A stretch of 33,208 nt of DNA from Trichomonas gallinae (Eukaryota), in contig MRSU01000164.1 of the NCBI GenBank assembly GCA_008369845.1, positions 1 through 33,208 on the forward strand, given 5' to 3'. Both the position numbers and the translations under genes were made by a program. Below, in pieces: positions 20,790 through 30,564 of the stretch (the first letter of the stretch is position 1; every line of letters begins with the position of its first letter). The notes beneath the pieces were generated by a model. The model was not told the origin of the DNA, made no database searches, and saw nothing but the letters and a program-made list of their open reading frames with translations.

Positions 20790-21593
20790 TTTTTCTGGAT
20801 TTTGATAAGTTTACATTTTTGTTAATTGGCTGAACAAAAATTTCGGCTTTTTTCTCAGTTTTTTGGGATTTTTGCTGGCTGTATTGACTATATGATGGAA
20901 AATTATTCAAAAATAAATTTTTGATTAGCAATTTTGGTATATTTAGATATAGTATCGATAATAAAATCTATTTTTTGAAGAATTTTTGAAAAATAAAAAA
21001 ATTAGGCAAAAAAATTATTGAAATGTTATTATTTGAAATTAAGCAACTATATCAACAATACTTAACTTTTTTCACGAGAAGTTATGTTAAACAAGGTAGA
21101 AATATTATAGGTAATAAATAAATTTGATTTTTGGCCTATTTTATTATATTAAACAAGATATACTGAACTATAGCTTCTTATTTATTTTATTGAATTTATT
21201 CAAAAATGATAAATATTTTCTTTTCAGTTTGATCTAGCTAATATCACCTTAATATGAAAAATATGCGTTTCATTAGAATTTTTCTATACAATATATGTTA
21301 TGTAACACTTCAATATATAATTTTTGATCTTATTGAAATGAAAAAAAGACTGAATAACAATGAGATTTCAATTTCATATTCATTGATATACATTCAAAGT
21401 CATTCTAATTGATATCCTGATGTGATGAATAGTATAATATCATTATTTCGATTTTGAATAATATTTTTTTTAAGGAAATTGATAGACAAGTCATATATTT
21501 CCATGATGAAGGTGTTGTCAGAAGAAAATGAGAAAAAATAAAATAATTTGGGCAAAAAAAGGACATTTAATGAAATAGTAATTATAATCAAGT

Positions 21594-23123
21594 TCAACGC
21601 ATAGGCTTCTTTGCATCTTGAAGGATCTTCAAAATTTGGTTCGCGTTGTGAAGTAGGAGATTGAGATCAACACCTTTCTTCAACATATGGAATCTTCTCA
21701 CGAACTCGTCGCTATTAAGAGGGTTCATCTCCACGAAAGAACCCGCGAGAGTGTAAAGAAGTGAGACAATGTAGCATTGGAAGAATTGGAATGACGAAGA
21801 GAAGGACAAAACGCTCACCCAGAGCCTCCTCAAGTCATCGCCCGAGTAGCAGGTTGTAAACCAGCTGCTTACATCGTCTCTAAGGAAATCTAAAGAAACT
21901 GCGTGTTTTTGTGTGAGCAACTGAAGAAGTTCTGAGAAGTTTTCATCGAGAATGTAACCGATGGCTATAAATAACGGCTTGTTGAGTGGTTTTGTTGACT
22001 GTCTGACGAGATCGCAAAGACTGTTGTGATCATAGAAGGTTGTGAAGCACCAGAAGATGTCAGCTTCACTCTCTTCGGCCGTTAGAACACTTCCATCATG
22101 CAATGTAACCTTTTCTTCGTCAGCATCGCAGATATAAGAATCCAAAAACGGAGCCAAGAAGTGAACAAGGTCTTTGACGTAAGCTGCATTATCTAAGTTC
22201 CAGTAGGAAAGCGTCAGTAAAACGTTGAAGGCAATTTTCTGAACGTAAGCTGGATTCTTGAAGTGTGAGAATAAATTCTCATTATCTACAAGATCCTTTT
22301 CGAGCAATGCAACTAGATCGCGGAGCTCTCCGTAGTTCCTCCACTGGCGAGGGGTAGTTGCCTGCCACTGTCGCTTGATTTCGATATATTTTGCGCGATT
22401 TTCAACTGTCTTCTTTTCTCTTTCACTGCGCGGCAGCTTGGCATCCTCAGGTTCAAGGAGGAGCTTCCATAATTCGCCAGCGACAGCTAAATCAACATCA
22501 ACATTGTAGAAAATGCTTGGAAAGTCTACTCCATCCTTGATGCAACCGTTTTCGTCGAAATTAGCGTGATAGTCGGCGGCAGACATCTTTTTAACAGGCT
22601 CGTGAAAATCACCTGGGAAAATTAAGTCTGGCTTTTGTATTTTGTGGAGAGAAACGCGGCTTGGTGCCTTATTCTTGTTATTTGTTGACTGTGGGAGGGC
22701 TGTGGAGAGGAAAGGAGTGACAATTGATGCGGATGAATCTAATGGCTCGAGCAAGTAAACTCTTGGGTTGCAATCTGAGTTTTTCAACCTGACCTTTCCG
22801 CCAATGTAGTTTAGGAAGTGAGTAATATCGTTATCTCGCGTGAAATAAAGCACGCAATGCGATCTTGAGCCAGAAAGCGTAACAACGAGACGGTCATCCG
22901 CGTCCATTTCGATCATTGTAAAATCAGAGAGCTGGAAAACGCAGTCCGGAATTTGCGCGATTCTCTTTGCCTGTGGTTTTCCCTTCATTCCATCGACTAC
23001 GAGTTCTGGGAAGAAAGAGAGAGAAACATTGCCGTTGTTGTGCTGCATCTTGAGAAGGCCTTTCGACGTGCTGTTGTCTTCTCCAATGAGGCACAGGTTT
23101 ATGTTAGTATCCTGAGCTATCAT
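21594..23123 (-). CDS. TBC-domain (Rab-GAP fold) protein, TBC1D15/17/Gyp7-like architecture, catalytic fingers substituted
   Basis: WKLLL...YIEIKRQW, NVLLTLSYWN, EADIFWCF, W..CY...DLRRLW match TBC features, and there is an N-terminal PH-like region. First ATG is 23123 (the track start is GTG). Confidence 0.8.
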   Translation of the reverse strand: MIAQDTNINLCLIGEDNSTSKGLLKMQHNNGNVSLSFFPELVVDGMKGKPQAKRIAQIPDCVFQLSDFTMIEMDADDRLVVTLSGSRSHCVLYFTRDNDITHFLNYIGGKVRLKNSDCNPRVYLLEPLDSSASIVTPFLSTALPQSTNNKNKAPSRVSLHKIQKPDLIFPGDFHEPVKKMSAADYHANFDENGCIKDGVDFPSIFYNVDVDLAVAGELWKLLLEPEDAKLPRSEREKKTVENRAKYIEIKRQWQATTPRQWRNYGELRDLVALLEKDLVDNENLFSHFKNPAYVQKIAFNVLLTLSYWNLDNAAYVKDLVHFLAPFLDSYICDADEEKVTLHDGSVLTAEESEADIFWCFTTFYDHNSLCDLVRQSTKPLNKPLFIAIGYILDENFSELLQLLTQKHAVSLDFLRDDVSSWFTTCYSGDDLRRLWVSVLSFSSSFQFFQCYIVSLLYTLAGSFVEMNPLNSDEFVRRFHMLKKGVDLNLLLHNANQILKILQDAKKPMR

Positions 23124-23641
23124 TGGCACTTAACTTTGTAAACCAGTTTACATTTTCGCAAATTTTTTTCTTTCTTTTTTACTTCGCCATTAACATTTTT
23201 TTATATTAATACATTATGTTTTTCTAAAAATTAAGCAAAAATAAAAATATTAGCGAAATTCTGGTTAAAAGTTTGTTATTGGGTGATTTTGTTACGTAGA
23301 ATTAAATATATTCGTGTAAAGGGTTGATATTTGAAGAGCACAAAAATTGTTTCCTAAATTGAAATCAAATTGACATAAATTTTGGAAAAGAATTGATTCA
23401 TTGCAATGTAAAACAGGCATAGCATCTGTTAAACTAGCAGAGAATCACTAGTCAATGAATTTTAGAAATCTGGAAAAACAGAATAAAAAATAGTATAAAT
23501 ATGAAAAATTATTTTTTTGTAGTGATTTTTTATGAATTTTAAAAAGTTAAAAAATAAAATTTGATGGATTATTAATCTGTTCTTAAAATACTCTCCAAAA
23601 ATGCGAAAATAATAGTTTTTTAAATCCAAAACTTATAAATT

Positions 23642-23882
23642 TTAATTTTTTGAGCTATGTTATACGAGAAAAAGTGAATTGTAGCCAATAATAATGTTTA
23701 ATTTTTCTTTCCCTATCAGATATTAAATTAAAATTCTAAATCTTAATTTTTGAAAATGATTTATATGAGAAAAAGTGAGAAAAATAACATAAATATATCA
23801 AATATATAATTAAAAAGAAATATTTGTTGAAAAAAATTGAGTTTTAATTTTTGGTAAGAAGTTATACAAGAAAAAGTGAATT
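23642..23882. repeat. Three degenerate direct repeats with exact 101-bp period
   Basis: TTAATTTTT(T)G at 23642, 23743 and 23844. (G/T)TTATA(C/T)(G/A)AGAAAAAGTGA at 23659, 23760 and 23861. Confidence 0.85.
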
Positions 23883-23931
23883 ATAATAGATAAGGAATCC
23901 AAATATCAAGTTAGAACTAAACAAAATTTCT

Positions 23932-23939
23932 GGCGGTTT
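23932..23939 (+). promoter_or_regulatory. M3-like GGCGGTTT element upstream of GCN5
   Basis: A GC-containing motif in very AT-rich DNA, 13 nt before ATG 23953. Identical to the copy at 15866. Confidence 0.55.
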
Positions 23940-23952
23940 TCAATATATACCT

Positions 23953-25089
23953 ATGAGGCGACTATTTGGGCCTCCACACCCATTTATGAAGCCGAGGCCA
24001 ATGCAGTATCCAAAGTGGGAGAATCCGGTCAGGGATCCTCCAGCTGAAGGCATGTACCGCATGTGTGCTCCAGATTTGAATGTTTCCCTCGAAGATTCGC
24101 TAAAAACAAAAAACTTTCGAGAATATATAGAAAATCTCAATGTTCGTTTAGTAACAAATGATGGAACAAGCCAATCTTTAGTCTGGCTCACGATGGCAAG
24201 AAATATTTTCCACGCGGAGCTCAGTAAAATGCCAGAGGCATATATTTCACGTCTTGTTTTCAACAAGAAGCATTTCACCGTATTGCTAATTAGAGAAGGC
24301 AATATTTTGGGTGGAATCTGTTATAGACCTTTCTTTGACAGAGATTTCGCGGAAATTGCTTTTTGTGCGATTTCCTCACGTGTCCAGGTGCGTGGCTACG
24401 GTGCCTATGTCATGGCTTGCGTTAAGCGTTACCTTCAAGTTCAAGGTATTGGAAATATCTTAACATATGCAGATAATTCTGCCATCAACTATTTCAAGAG
24501 GCAGGGCTTCTCGTTGAAGATATGCTTCCCAAGAGAAAAATGGTGCAGATATATCAAAGATTATATCGGCGCTACTCTTATTCATTGTAAAATACAGCCG
24601 GACGTAGATTATCTCTATCTACATGATATAACAGATGAACAGAAGCGATTCGTTTCTAAAATGCTGCCGGATTTCCCGCTGAATCAAGTAAGTTCATGGC
24701 CGATTAAGAGAATTCAAGGAATTATTATTGATCAAGAGGCACACTTCGATGTCGTCAATCAAATGCGCGTTATCATTAATAAAGCGAAACTTCATTCAAA
24801 AGCTTGGCCTTTCCTTCAGCCAGTTAACCTCCAGGATGCGCCAAACTACTTAGAAATCGTTAAGAAACCTATGGATTTCTCAACTCTTGAGAAAAACGTA
24901 AATTCTGGAAGATATCAGACAATTCAACAATTCCACGATGATATGTGGCTTATTTTTACAAATTGCATAAAATACAATGGCGATGACAGCGTTTATTCCA
25001 AACATGCGGCAGATCTTGAAAGATACGCTGCAACGCTGTTCGAGGAGTATAAAATGGGCCATAGAAGAGGTGAGAAAAATATAATGTAA
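23953..25089 (+). CDS. GCN5: GCN5-family histone acetyltransferase with C-terminal bromodomain
   Basis: HAT motifs: KMPEAYISRLVF, GGICYRPF, FAEIAFCAI (catalytic Glu), QVRGYG, LTYADNSAINYFKRQGF, YIKDY. Bromodomain motifs: AWPFLQPV, YLEIVKKPMD, NCIKYN. Confidence 0.96.
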   Translation: MRRLFGPPHPFMKPRPMQYPKWENPVRDPPAEGMYRMCAPDLNVSLEDSLKTKNFREYIENLNVRLVTNDGTSQSLVWLTMARNIFHAELSKMPEAYISRLVFNKKHFTVLLIREGNILGGICYRPFFDRDFAEIAFCAISSRVQVRGYGAYVMACVKRYLQVQGIGNILTYADNSAINYFKRQGFSLKICFPREKWCRYIKDYIGATLIHCKIQPDVDYLYLHDITDEQKRFVSKMLPDFPLNQVSSWPIKRIQGIIIDQEAHFDVVNQMRVIINKAKLHSKAWPFLQPVNLQDAPNYLEIVKKPMDFSTLEKNVNSGRYQTIQQFHDDMWLIFTNCIKYNGDDSVYSKHAADLERYAATLFEEYKMGHRRGEKNIM

Positions 25090-25371
25090 TTAATAATCTA
25101 TTGTTATTTCTGTTAAAAAGCAAAAATATTATTTTTTGGTTTATTTATCAATCAAAATCCTTGTAATCTATAAAAATTTAACATACACCCAACAGCAATC
25201 TTATCTTGACTCAATTCATCAATGAAATAAAAATATTGAAAATAATTCAATATTTCAAATGAATACTTTATTGTTTTACACTTTTAATATAAACTTTAGA
25301 TCAAGATATATAATATTTTTATTATTAAAAGTGATGGAAATGTTCCAATATCATAATTAATAAAGAAACAA

Positions 25372-25450
25372 AATTATTTGACATGTAAATATCTCAATTT
25401 AATTATTTGACACATAAACGACACAATTTAAAATATTTTGACATGTAAAT
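25372..25450. repeat. ~30-bp tandem repeat carrying TGACATGTAAA
   Basis: TGACATGTAAA at 25379, TGACACATAAA at 25408, TGACATGTAAA at 25439. Each is preceded by A(A/T)TATTT, and the first two are followed by CAATTT. Confidence 0.8.
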
Positions 25451-25522
25451 TAAAATATCCCATGAAATTATTCGATATTTTAAATATACATATGATATAA
25501 TACCTAAATATTGAATTTTAAT

Positions 25523-25527
25523 TCATT
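25523..25527 (+). promoter_or_regulatory. Initiator (Inr) TCATT of PRP6
   Basis: Matches the trichomonad Inr TCA(T/C)(T/A), 13 nt before the ATG. Confidence 0.55.
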
Positions 25528-25540
25528 TTTTCAAGTCAAA

Positions 25541-28102
25541 ATGAGTGATTATCCTTTTCCATGGGGGCCTCCGCCTCCTGGATACGTTCCTGGCCTCGGA
25601 CGTGGCGCAACAGGCTTCGTTTCGTACATTGAAAACGCTGTTGTCGAAATTCAGGACGAAAAATCTTTAACAGCGAATATGTCTACAAAAAAAATCAAAG
25701 AAATCGAAAAAGCAGATAACGAAGCTGATGATTTCTACAACAGCATGGATTTACTGATATCAAGCAGGAACAAAACTAAGAAAAAAGTTGATAAACAAAA
25801 AGAAAAAACAGTTTTCGACGAAACACGCGATCAATTCGCAGACCTTACGAGAGATCTTAAGACAATATCATCAAATGCGTGGGAAAACATACCAGAAAGA
25901 GGTCAAATCAAAAATTATCGACCAAAGTGGGAATTGTTAACATATGCTTCAGGAAGAATGATTACTGGTGATTTTGCAGACTCAAATCTTGCAAAAGAAG
26001 ACAGAATTCAAGATCAAATAAATGATGCCGAATTAGAAGCAAATAAAGCAATGATGACTGTCAGTCGTGCTAAAAGCTCAGTGTTAAACGCTCAGTTGTC
26101 CAAAATCTCAAAACAGACAACAAAAATCGACACATCAAAATATTTGCAAGAAATTGATATAGAAACATCGAATAGAATACAGCAATACGATGACCTGGAT
26201 CACGCAGCACATCTCTACAGGCAGATGACTCACTACAACAAAAACGATCCAATGGGGTGGATAACGCGCGCGAGAATTGAAGAGAAGAGAGGTAGATATG
26301 AAAAGGCCGCAAAAGTGGCTTTGGACGGTTTATCTGCGAATCCAGACAGCGAGGACTTAGTTCTAGAGGCATCAAGACTGTCGATAGACGACAGTGAAGC
26401 TATTTTGGAGGCAGCAGTTCAAGGCAATCACAAGCAAAACGCGAAGGTTTGGTTGCAATTGGCTTCGATACAAAATTCAGACTTATCTAAGATAACTGTC
26501 TTAGAACGCGCACTACAGAACTGCCCAGAGTCATCTATGCTTTGGCTTGCTGCTGCTGATTGCGATGAAGACCAAAGAATGGATATATTGAAGGCAGGAA
26601 TTTCCATGGTGAAAAACAAAAAAGATTTATTGGTTTCTGGATTCGAATCATCAAAAACCTCAGAAGATGTACAATTCTTCGCATCAAACATTCCTCAAGA
26701 TTCAGACGAAGACATGACAAACATTTACATAACTCAAGCAATAGCAGAAGAAAAATTCGAACTCGATTTCTCTAATACAGTAAATAAGATAATAAATCCA
26801 AAAACTAAAAGTGATGAATCAAAAGATGAAATTAAAGTTAAAGATTGGATTACTGTAGCCATGGAATGTGAGATGAAAGAAGCTCATGGAGTTGCATCAA
26901 TGATAATTAAAACAGCTGATCTTGACGATGATCTTCTACAAAGGGCGAATGAAGCGAGAAGAAGTAATTGCAATGCAGTTTGCGAATCATTATTAAGGAA
27001 AAACGCTGAGAATGGAAAAGGATGGACGCCATTCCTGGAATTCGAGCGTTCAATACAAAATCTGGATGCTGCAGTGCAATACGCGCTCGGATACATCAAG
27101 GATGGCGATGAAGATGCGATTGTTGAGATTTCTAAGTTTTTGGATGATGAGAAATCACTTGACATTTTACACCAAGTTTTTGCAACTTCACCGAAATCTG
27201 AGAAACTCGCCATTGCTATAACAGAGAGAATGGCTACTAGAAATAAAGATGAAGCAGCTAAATTTGCGTTTTCTGTTTCAGGAGAAATTTCTTCTGCCAA
27301 ATTATTCATTTTAGCGACCAAAATTGGCACAGAACAAACAGTGACACCAGCTATGCTCAAAATGGGTGTCACAATCTTCCCTAAGGAACCACTACTATGG
27401 ATTGCATTCGCAAACATGCAGAAAGACGAAAACCGCAGATTGACTGTTTTGCAGACAGCGGCAGAAAAATGTCAGAAAAGTTCTATAGTTCACATCGAAT
27501 TCGCGAGATCATGTAAAAGGATTGGCCTGGAAAGCGCGAAAATACGTGCGATATTCGAACGAGCTTGTGACTTGTGTCCGAGAGACGAAACTTTGTGGTT
27601 GTTTGCGGCTGAAATCGAGGAAAAGAAAGCATTCAAAAAGAGAATTTTAGAGAAAGCTAAGAGTGTTGTGAAGAGGCCTGGAGTTTGCTGGGCGAGGTCC
27701 ATTGAGCTTGTAAAGCAAGAGAAGAGACTGACAATGACAAATGTTGCCATCAGCGCTATAGGGGAGGCCAGAGAAGTCCTCTTAGTCAGAGCTTTGGAGT
27801 TTTGGAGAATCTCGAAAATTGACGAAGCGATAAGGACATTTTCTAGGATTGTTGAGTTGTATCCGAACTGGGGAGATGGGTTCATATTCTACCTAAGATT
27901 CGAAATGACAATGCAGAGAAACCCAGAGAATCTTCTCAACGGAATTAATATTTTAGAAAGTGGATATATATGGGAAGCACAGCGCGCGAATATGGAATAT
28001 GCAGGATTAGATGACAAAGCATTGGCTAAAGAACTCGCTGTCAATCTTCCTGATCCATTAAATCCAAATATTTCGATATTTTGTGGTTTGTTTGATTTAT
28101 AG
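25541..28102 (+). CDS. PRP6: Pre-mRNA splicing factor PRP6 (U5 snRNP, HAT-repeat protein)
   Basis: Diagnostic N-terminus PPPPGYVPGLGRGATGF, EADDFY, QFADLTRDL...WENIPE and P.GWI.. ARIEE, then HAT-like repeats and a C-terminal PNWGD. ATG 25541 follows Inr TCATT at 25523 (the track start is TTG). Confidence 0.92.
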   Translation: MSDYPFPWGPPPPGYVPGLGRGATGFVSYIENAVVEIQDEKSLTANMSTKKIKEIEKADNEADDFYNSMDLLISSRNKTKKKVDKQKEKTVFDETRDQFADLTRDLKTISSNAWENIPERGQIKNYRPKWELLTYASGRMITGDFADSNLAKEDRIQDQINDAELEANKAMMTVSRAKSSVLNAQLSKISKQTTKIDTSKYLQEIDIETSNRIQQYDDLDHAAHLYRQMTHYNKNDPMGWITRARIEEKRGRYEKAAKVALDGLSANPDSEDLVLEASRLSIDDSEAILEAAVQGNHKQNAKVWLQLASIQNSDLSKITVLERALQNCPESSMLWLAAADCDEDQRMDILKAGISMVKNKKDLLVSGFESSKTSEDVQFFASNIPQDSDEDMTNIYITQAIAEEKFELDFSNTVNKIINPKTKSDESKDEIKVKDWITVAMECEMKEAHGVASMIIKTADLDDDLLQRANEARRSNCNAVCESLLRKNAENGKGWTPFLEFERSIQNLDAAVQYALGYIKDGDEDAIVEISKFLDDEKSLDILHQVFATSPKSEKLAIAITERMATRNKDEAAKFAFSVSGEISSAKLFILATKIGTEQTVTPAMLKMGVTIFPKEPLLWIAFANMQKDENRRLTVLQTAAEKCQKSSIVHIEFARSCKRIGLESAKIRAIFERACDLCPRDETLWLFAAEIEEKKAFKKRILEKAKSVVKRPGVCWARSIELVKQEKRLTMTNVAISAIGEAREVLLVRALEFWRISKIDEAIRTFSRIVELYPNWGDGFIFYLRFEMTMQRNPENLLNGINILESGYIWEAQRANMEYAGLDDKALAKELAVNLPDPLNPNISIFCGLFDL

Positions 28103-28619
28103 ATTAATAAAGTGTTATATTACGTGTATGTTGACAAAGTCTCGTTTAGTATCGTTTAAAATCTATCAATTTTTAACATTTTTAATTAAAAATGATTTTA
28201 ATGAGTTTTACACGTGCAATATTGCATTAATTTATAGCATGTTGATAAAATCTGATTGACAACAAACCAAATTGAAAAATATATCAAATTTGATTTAAAC
28301 ATCATTTTATTCAAACAGGAACATCGTAATTAGCATACTTATGTTGTAAAATGATAAAATATCGTTGAGAATCGTTTAAAATTCTTTTAAATGTCGATTT
28401 TATTTCAGAATTGTTTTATTTGATCCGGAATGTATAATTTCTGCTTATAACATTGTATGCAAACGAATTATTATGTTTATAAGCTTCAATTTTATGTTAT
28501 TGGGTTTGAAGAAAAATATTGTTGATAATCAGCTCATTCTCAATGATATTATGTTAATAAAGATGTATATTTTAATATATCCATCAAAATAATCGAAATA
28601 ATAAACAAACAAAATAAAT

Positions 28620-30554
28620 TTAAAACATATGCTCTTTCTTATCAGTAACCTGCACTTTTTGACCCAAAAATAGGTTCGGCGGGTAGTCATCTCTTACATA
28701 GACAGTGACTCCTTCGTTAAACAATCCTTCTCCAGAAATGTGATTAATACCATAATAGGAAACAGTCGTCAATTGTTTGCAATTCAAGAAAATGTTTTCT
28801 TTGAACTCCTTCATTGCTGTTGGGAGGATGATATTCTTCAAACTCGTGCAATTTACGAATAGATTATCTTGAAGTACAGTAATCGTCGCATTTTCCATTG
28901 TAACGGACTTCAGACTTGCACAGTTTGAGAATGCTGCTGATCCGAGCGAATAAACTGAAACAGGAACATTAATTTTTGTTAAACTCGAAAACTCGAAAGC
29001 TCTGGCTCCAATTTTATTGACAGTATGCGGTATTTTAAGTATCTGCAGCTGTGAATGCGAAAATCCGCACGGATCAATTTTAATTATCGATTTTGGAATC
29101 GAATATGATTTATTCTTTAAAGCAGCTGGATACATAACTAGTGTGTGATTGAACTTATCTAATAGAATTCCATCCTTCGCTATAAAGATCTTATTCTGTT
29201 TGCAAACCTCGAAATTTGCTAATTTCGTGCAGTGAGCGAATGCACCGTATTTAATCAAGTAGACGTCCTTAGGTATGAACATTGTGCTAATTGACGTGTA
29301 AGAAAAGGCCTCTTCTCCAATAACTTTCGTGTTTTCTGGTAAAATTATTTGTTTCAAGCTTTCGCAGCCGTAAAAGAACCTCTTAGGTATGATATTTGTA
29401 GGGAGAATTGTCATATTTATCCAGTTCATCTTCGAACAGCCGAAAAATATCGAATCTTCGATCTTTTGAAGAGAATTATTGTTTTTAGAAGGTAAAAACG
29501 TGATATGCTCAACATTGCTGTTGTAAAACGCATATTTGTGTATAACTACAACTGACAACTGTATCTGAACCTTTCTAACGTTTGTTTTCGAGAATGAATA
29601 TTTTCCAATCGAATATGTTGATTTGTGGATTCTGAACGTGTCACGAGACTCATTTGGTGGGAAGAAAATTAACTCATTTCCTTCTGGTTTGCTTGGATCA
29701 AGATATGCTAAAACATTATCGATGACAACATACATTGGTGAGTTAGAATGGATAACACTGAGTTTTGTATTCGTTAATGCACATTTTCCTAGATATAATA
29801 TACTCTCAGGAACCGTAAATGTTTCAATTTTCGTATTTTCAAAAATATAACTGAAAATGTATTCAGTAGATGAAGGTAAAGTAAGATTAAGTAGATTATG
29901 ACATTCTGCAAAGGCAAATGACTCGATTATTGTTAATTTTGTATGTGAAATATTTATTTTCGTTAATTTCGAGCAATTGTAGAAAGCACATTCCATAATT
30001 ATCGTAGTGTTAGGTGGAAATTCGAATGAATCTGAAATTGCTGTTGATTCAAAGACAAATTTTCCAATTCCTTGAATTTGAGAGGGTAAAACAACATTTT
30101 CGAGGTTATAACAGTTAAGAAATGTTCCATTAGGTATGTAAAGTAGCGGTAAACTCGAAATATTTGCAAATTTCAGATTCGTGCAATTTGTAAAAACGTA
30201 TTCGTTAAATATTGTTACAGCACCTGGTATAATTATCTGCTCTATTGTCGAATTTGCAAACGCATATGAATCAATTGCACGTAAGGAATCTGGTAATTTT
30301 ACATTTTTAAATGTACTGTTAGAAAAGGCAAAACTCGAAATAATTCTTGTTTTATACATCGTTTTATTGTATTTGAATAAGGAAGGAATGACTGTTTCCG
30401 TTAGAAAACTGGGAAAAACATATTGAATCGCCGCGCTTTTAGTTTTTGGATCGAATTTGACTGTCGCATTGAGTTTAGGGAGGGAAACATTCAATTTAAA
30501 GTCTCTGTCCAGTGATTTCAAATTTGCTTGAATGAATAAAAAATACGAAAACAT
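28620..30554 (-). CDS. BspA-like leucine-rich repeat (TpLRR/LRR_5) protein
   Basis: Many ~23-aa repeats of type LPxSLxxIxxxAFxxCxxL. Two 'DG/DN-(I/V)L...L..(Y/F)P' spacer modules. Short hydrophobic N-terminus and no C-terminal TM. Inr TCACT directly upstream. Confidence 0.93.
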   Translation of the reverse strand: MFSYFLFIQANLKSLDRDFKLNVSLPKLNATVKFDPKTKSAAIQYVFPSFLTETVIPSLFKYNKTMYKTRIISSFAFSNSTFKNVKLPDSLRAIDSYAFANSTIEQIIIPGAVTIFNEYVFTNCTNLKFANISSLPLLYIPNGTFLNCYNLENVVLPSQIQGIGKFVFESTAISDSFEFPPNTTIIMECAFYNCSKLTKINISHTKLTIIESFAFAECHNLLNLTLPSSTEYIFSYIFENTKIETFTVPESILYLGKCALTNTKLSVIHSNSPMYVVIDNVLAYLDPSKPEGNELIFFPPNESRDTFRIHKSTYSIGKYSFSKTNVRKVQIQLSVVVIHKYAFYNSNVEHITFLPSKNNNSLQKIEDSIFFGCSKMNWINMTILPTNIIPKRFFYGCESLKQIILPENTKVIGEEAFSYTSISTMFIPKDVYLIKYGAFAHCTKLANFEVCKQNKIFIAKDGILLDKFNHTLVMYPAALKNKSYSIPKSIIKIDPCGFSHSQLQILKIPHTVNKIGARAFEFSSLTKINVPVSVYSLGSAAFSNCASLKSVTMENATITVLQDNLFVNCTSLKNIILPTAMKEFKENIFLNCKQLTTVSYYGINHISGEGLFNEGVTVYVRDDYPPNLFLGQKVQVTDKKEHMF

Positions 30555-30559
30555 AAAAA

Positions 30560-30564
30560 AGTGA
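30560..30564 (-). promoter_or_regulatory. Initiator (Inr) TCACT of the BspA-like gene
   Basis: The minus strand reads TTTCACTTTTTTATG. Confidence 0.6.
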
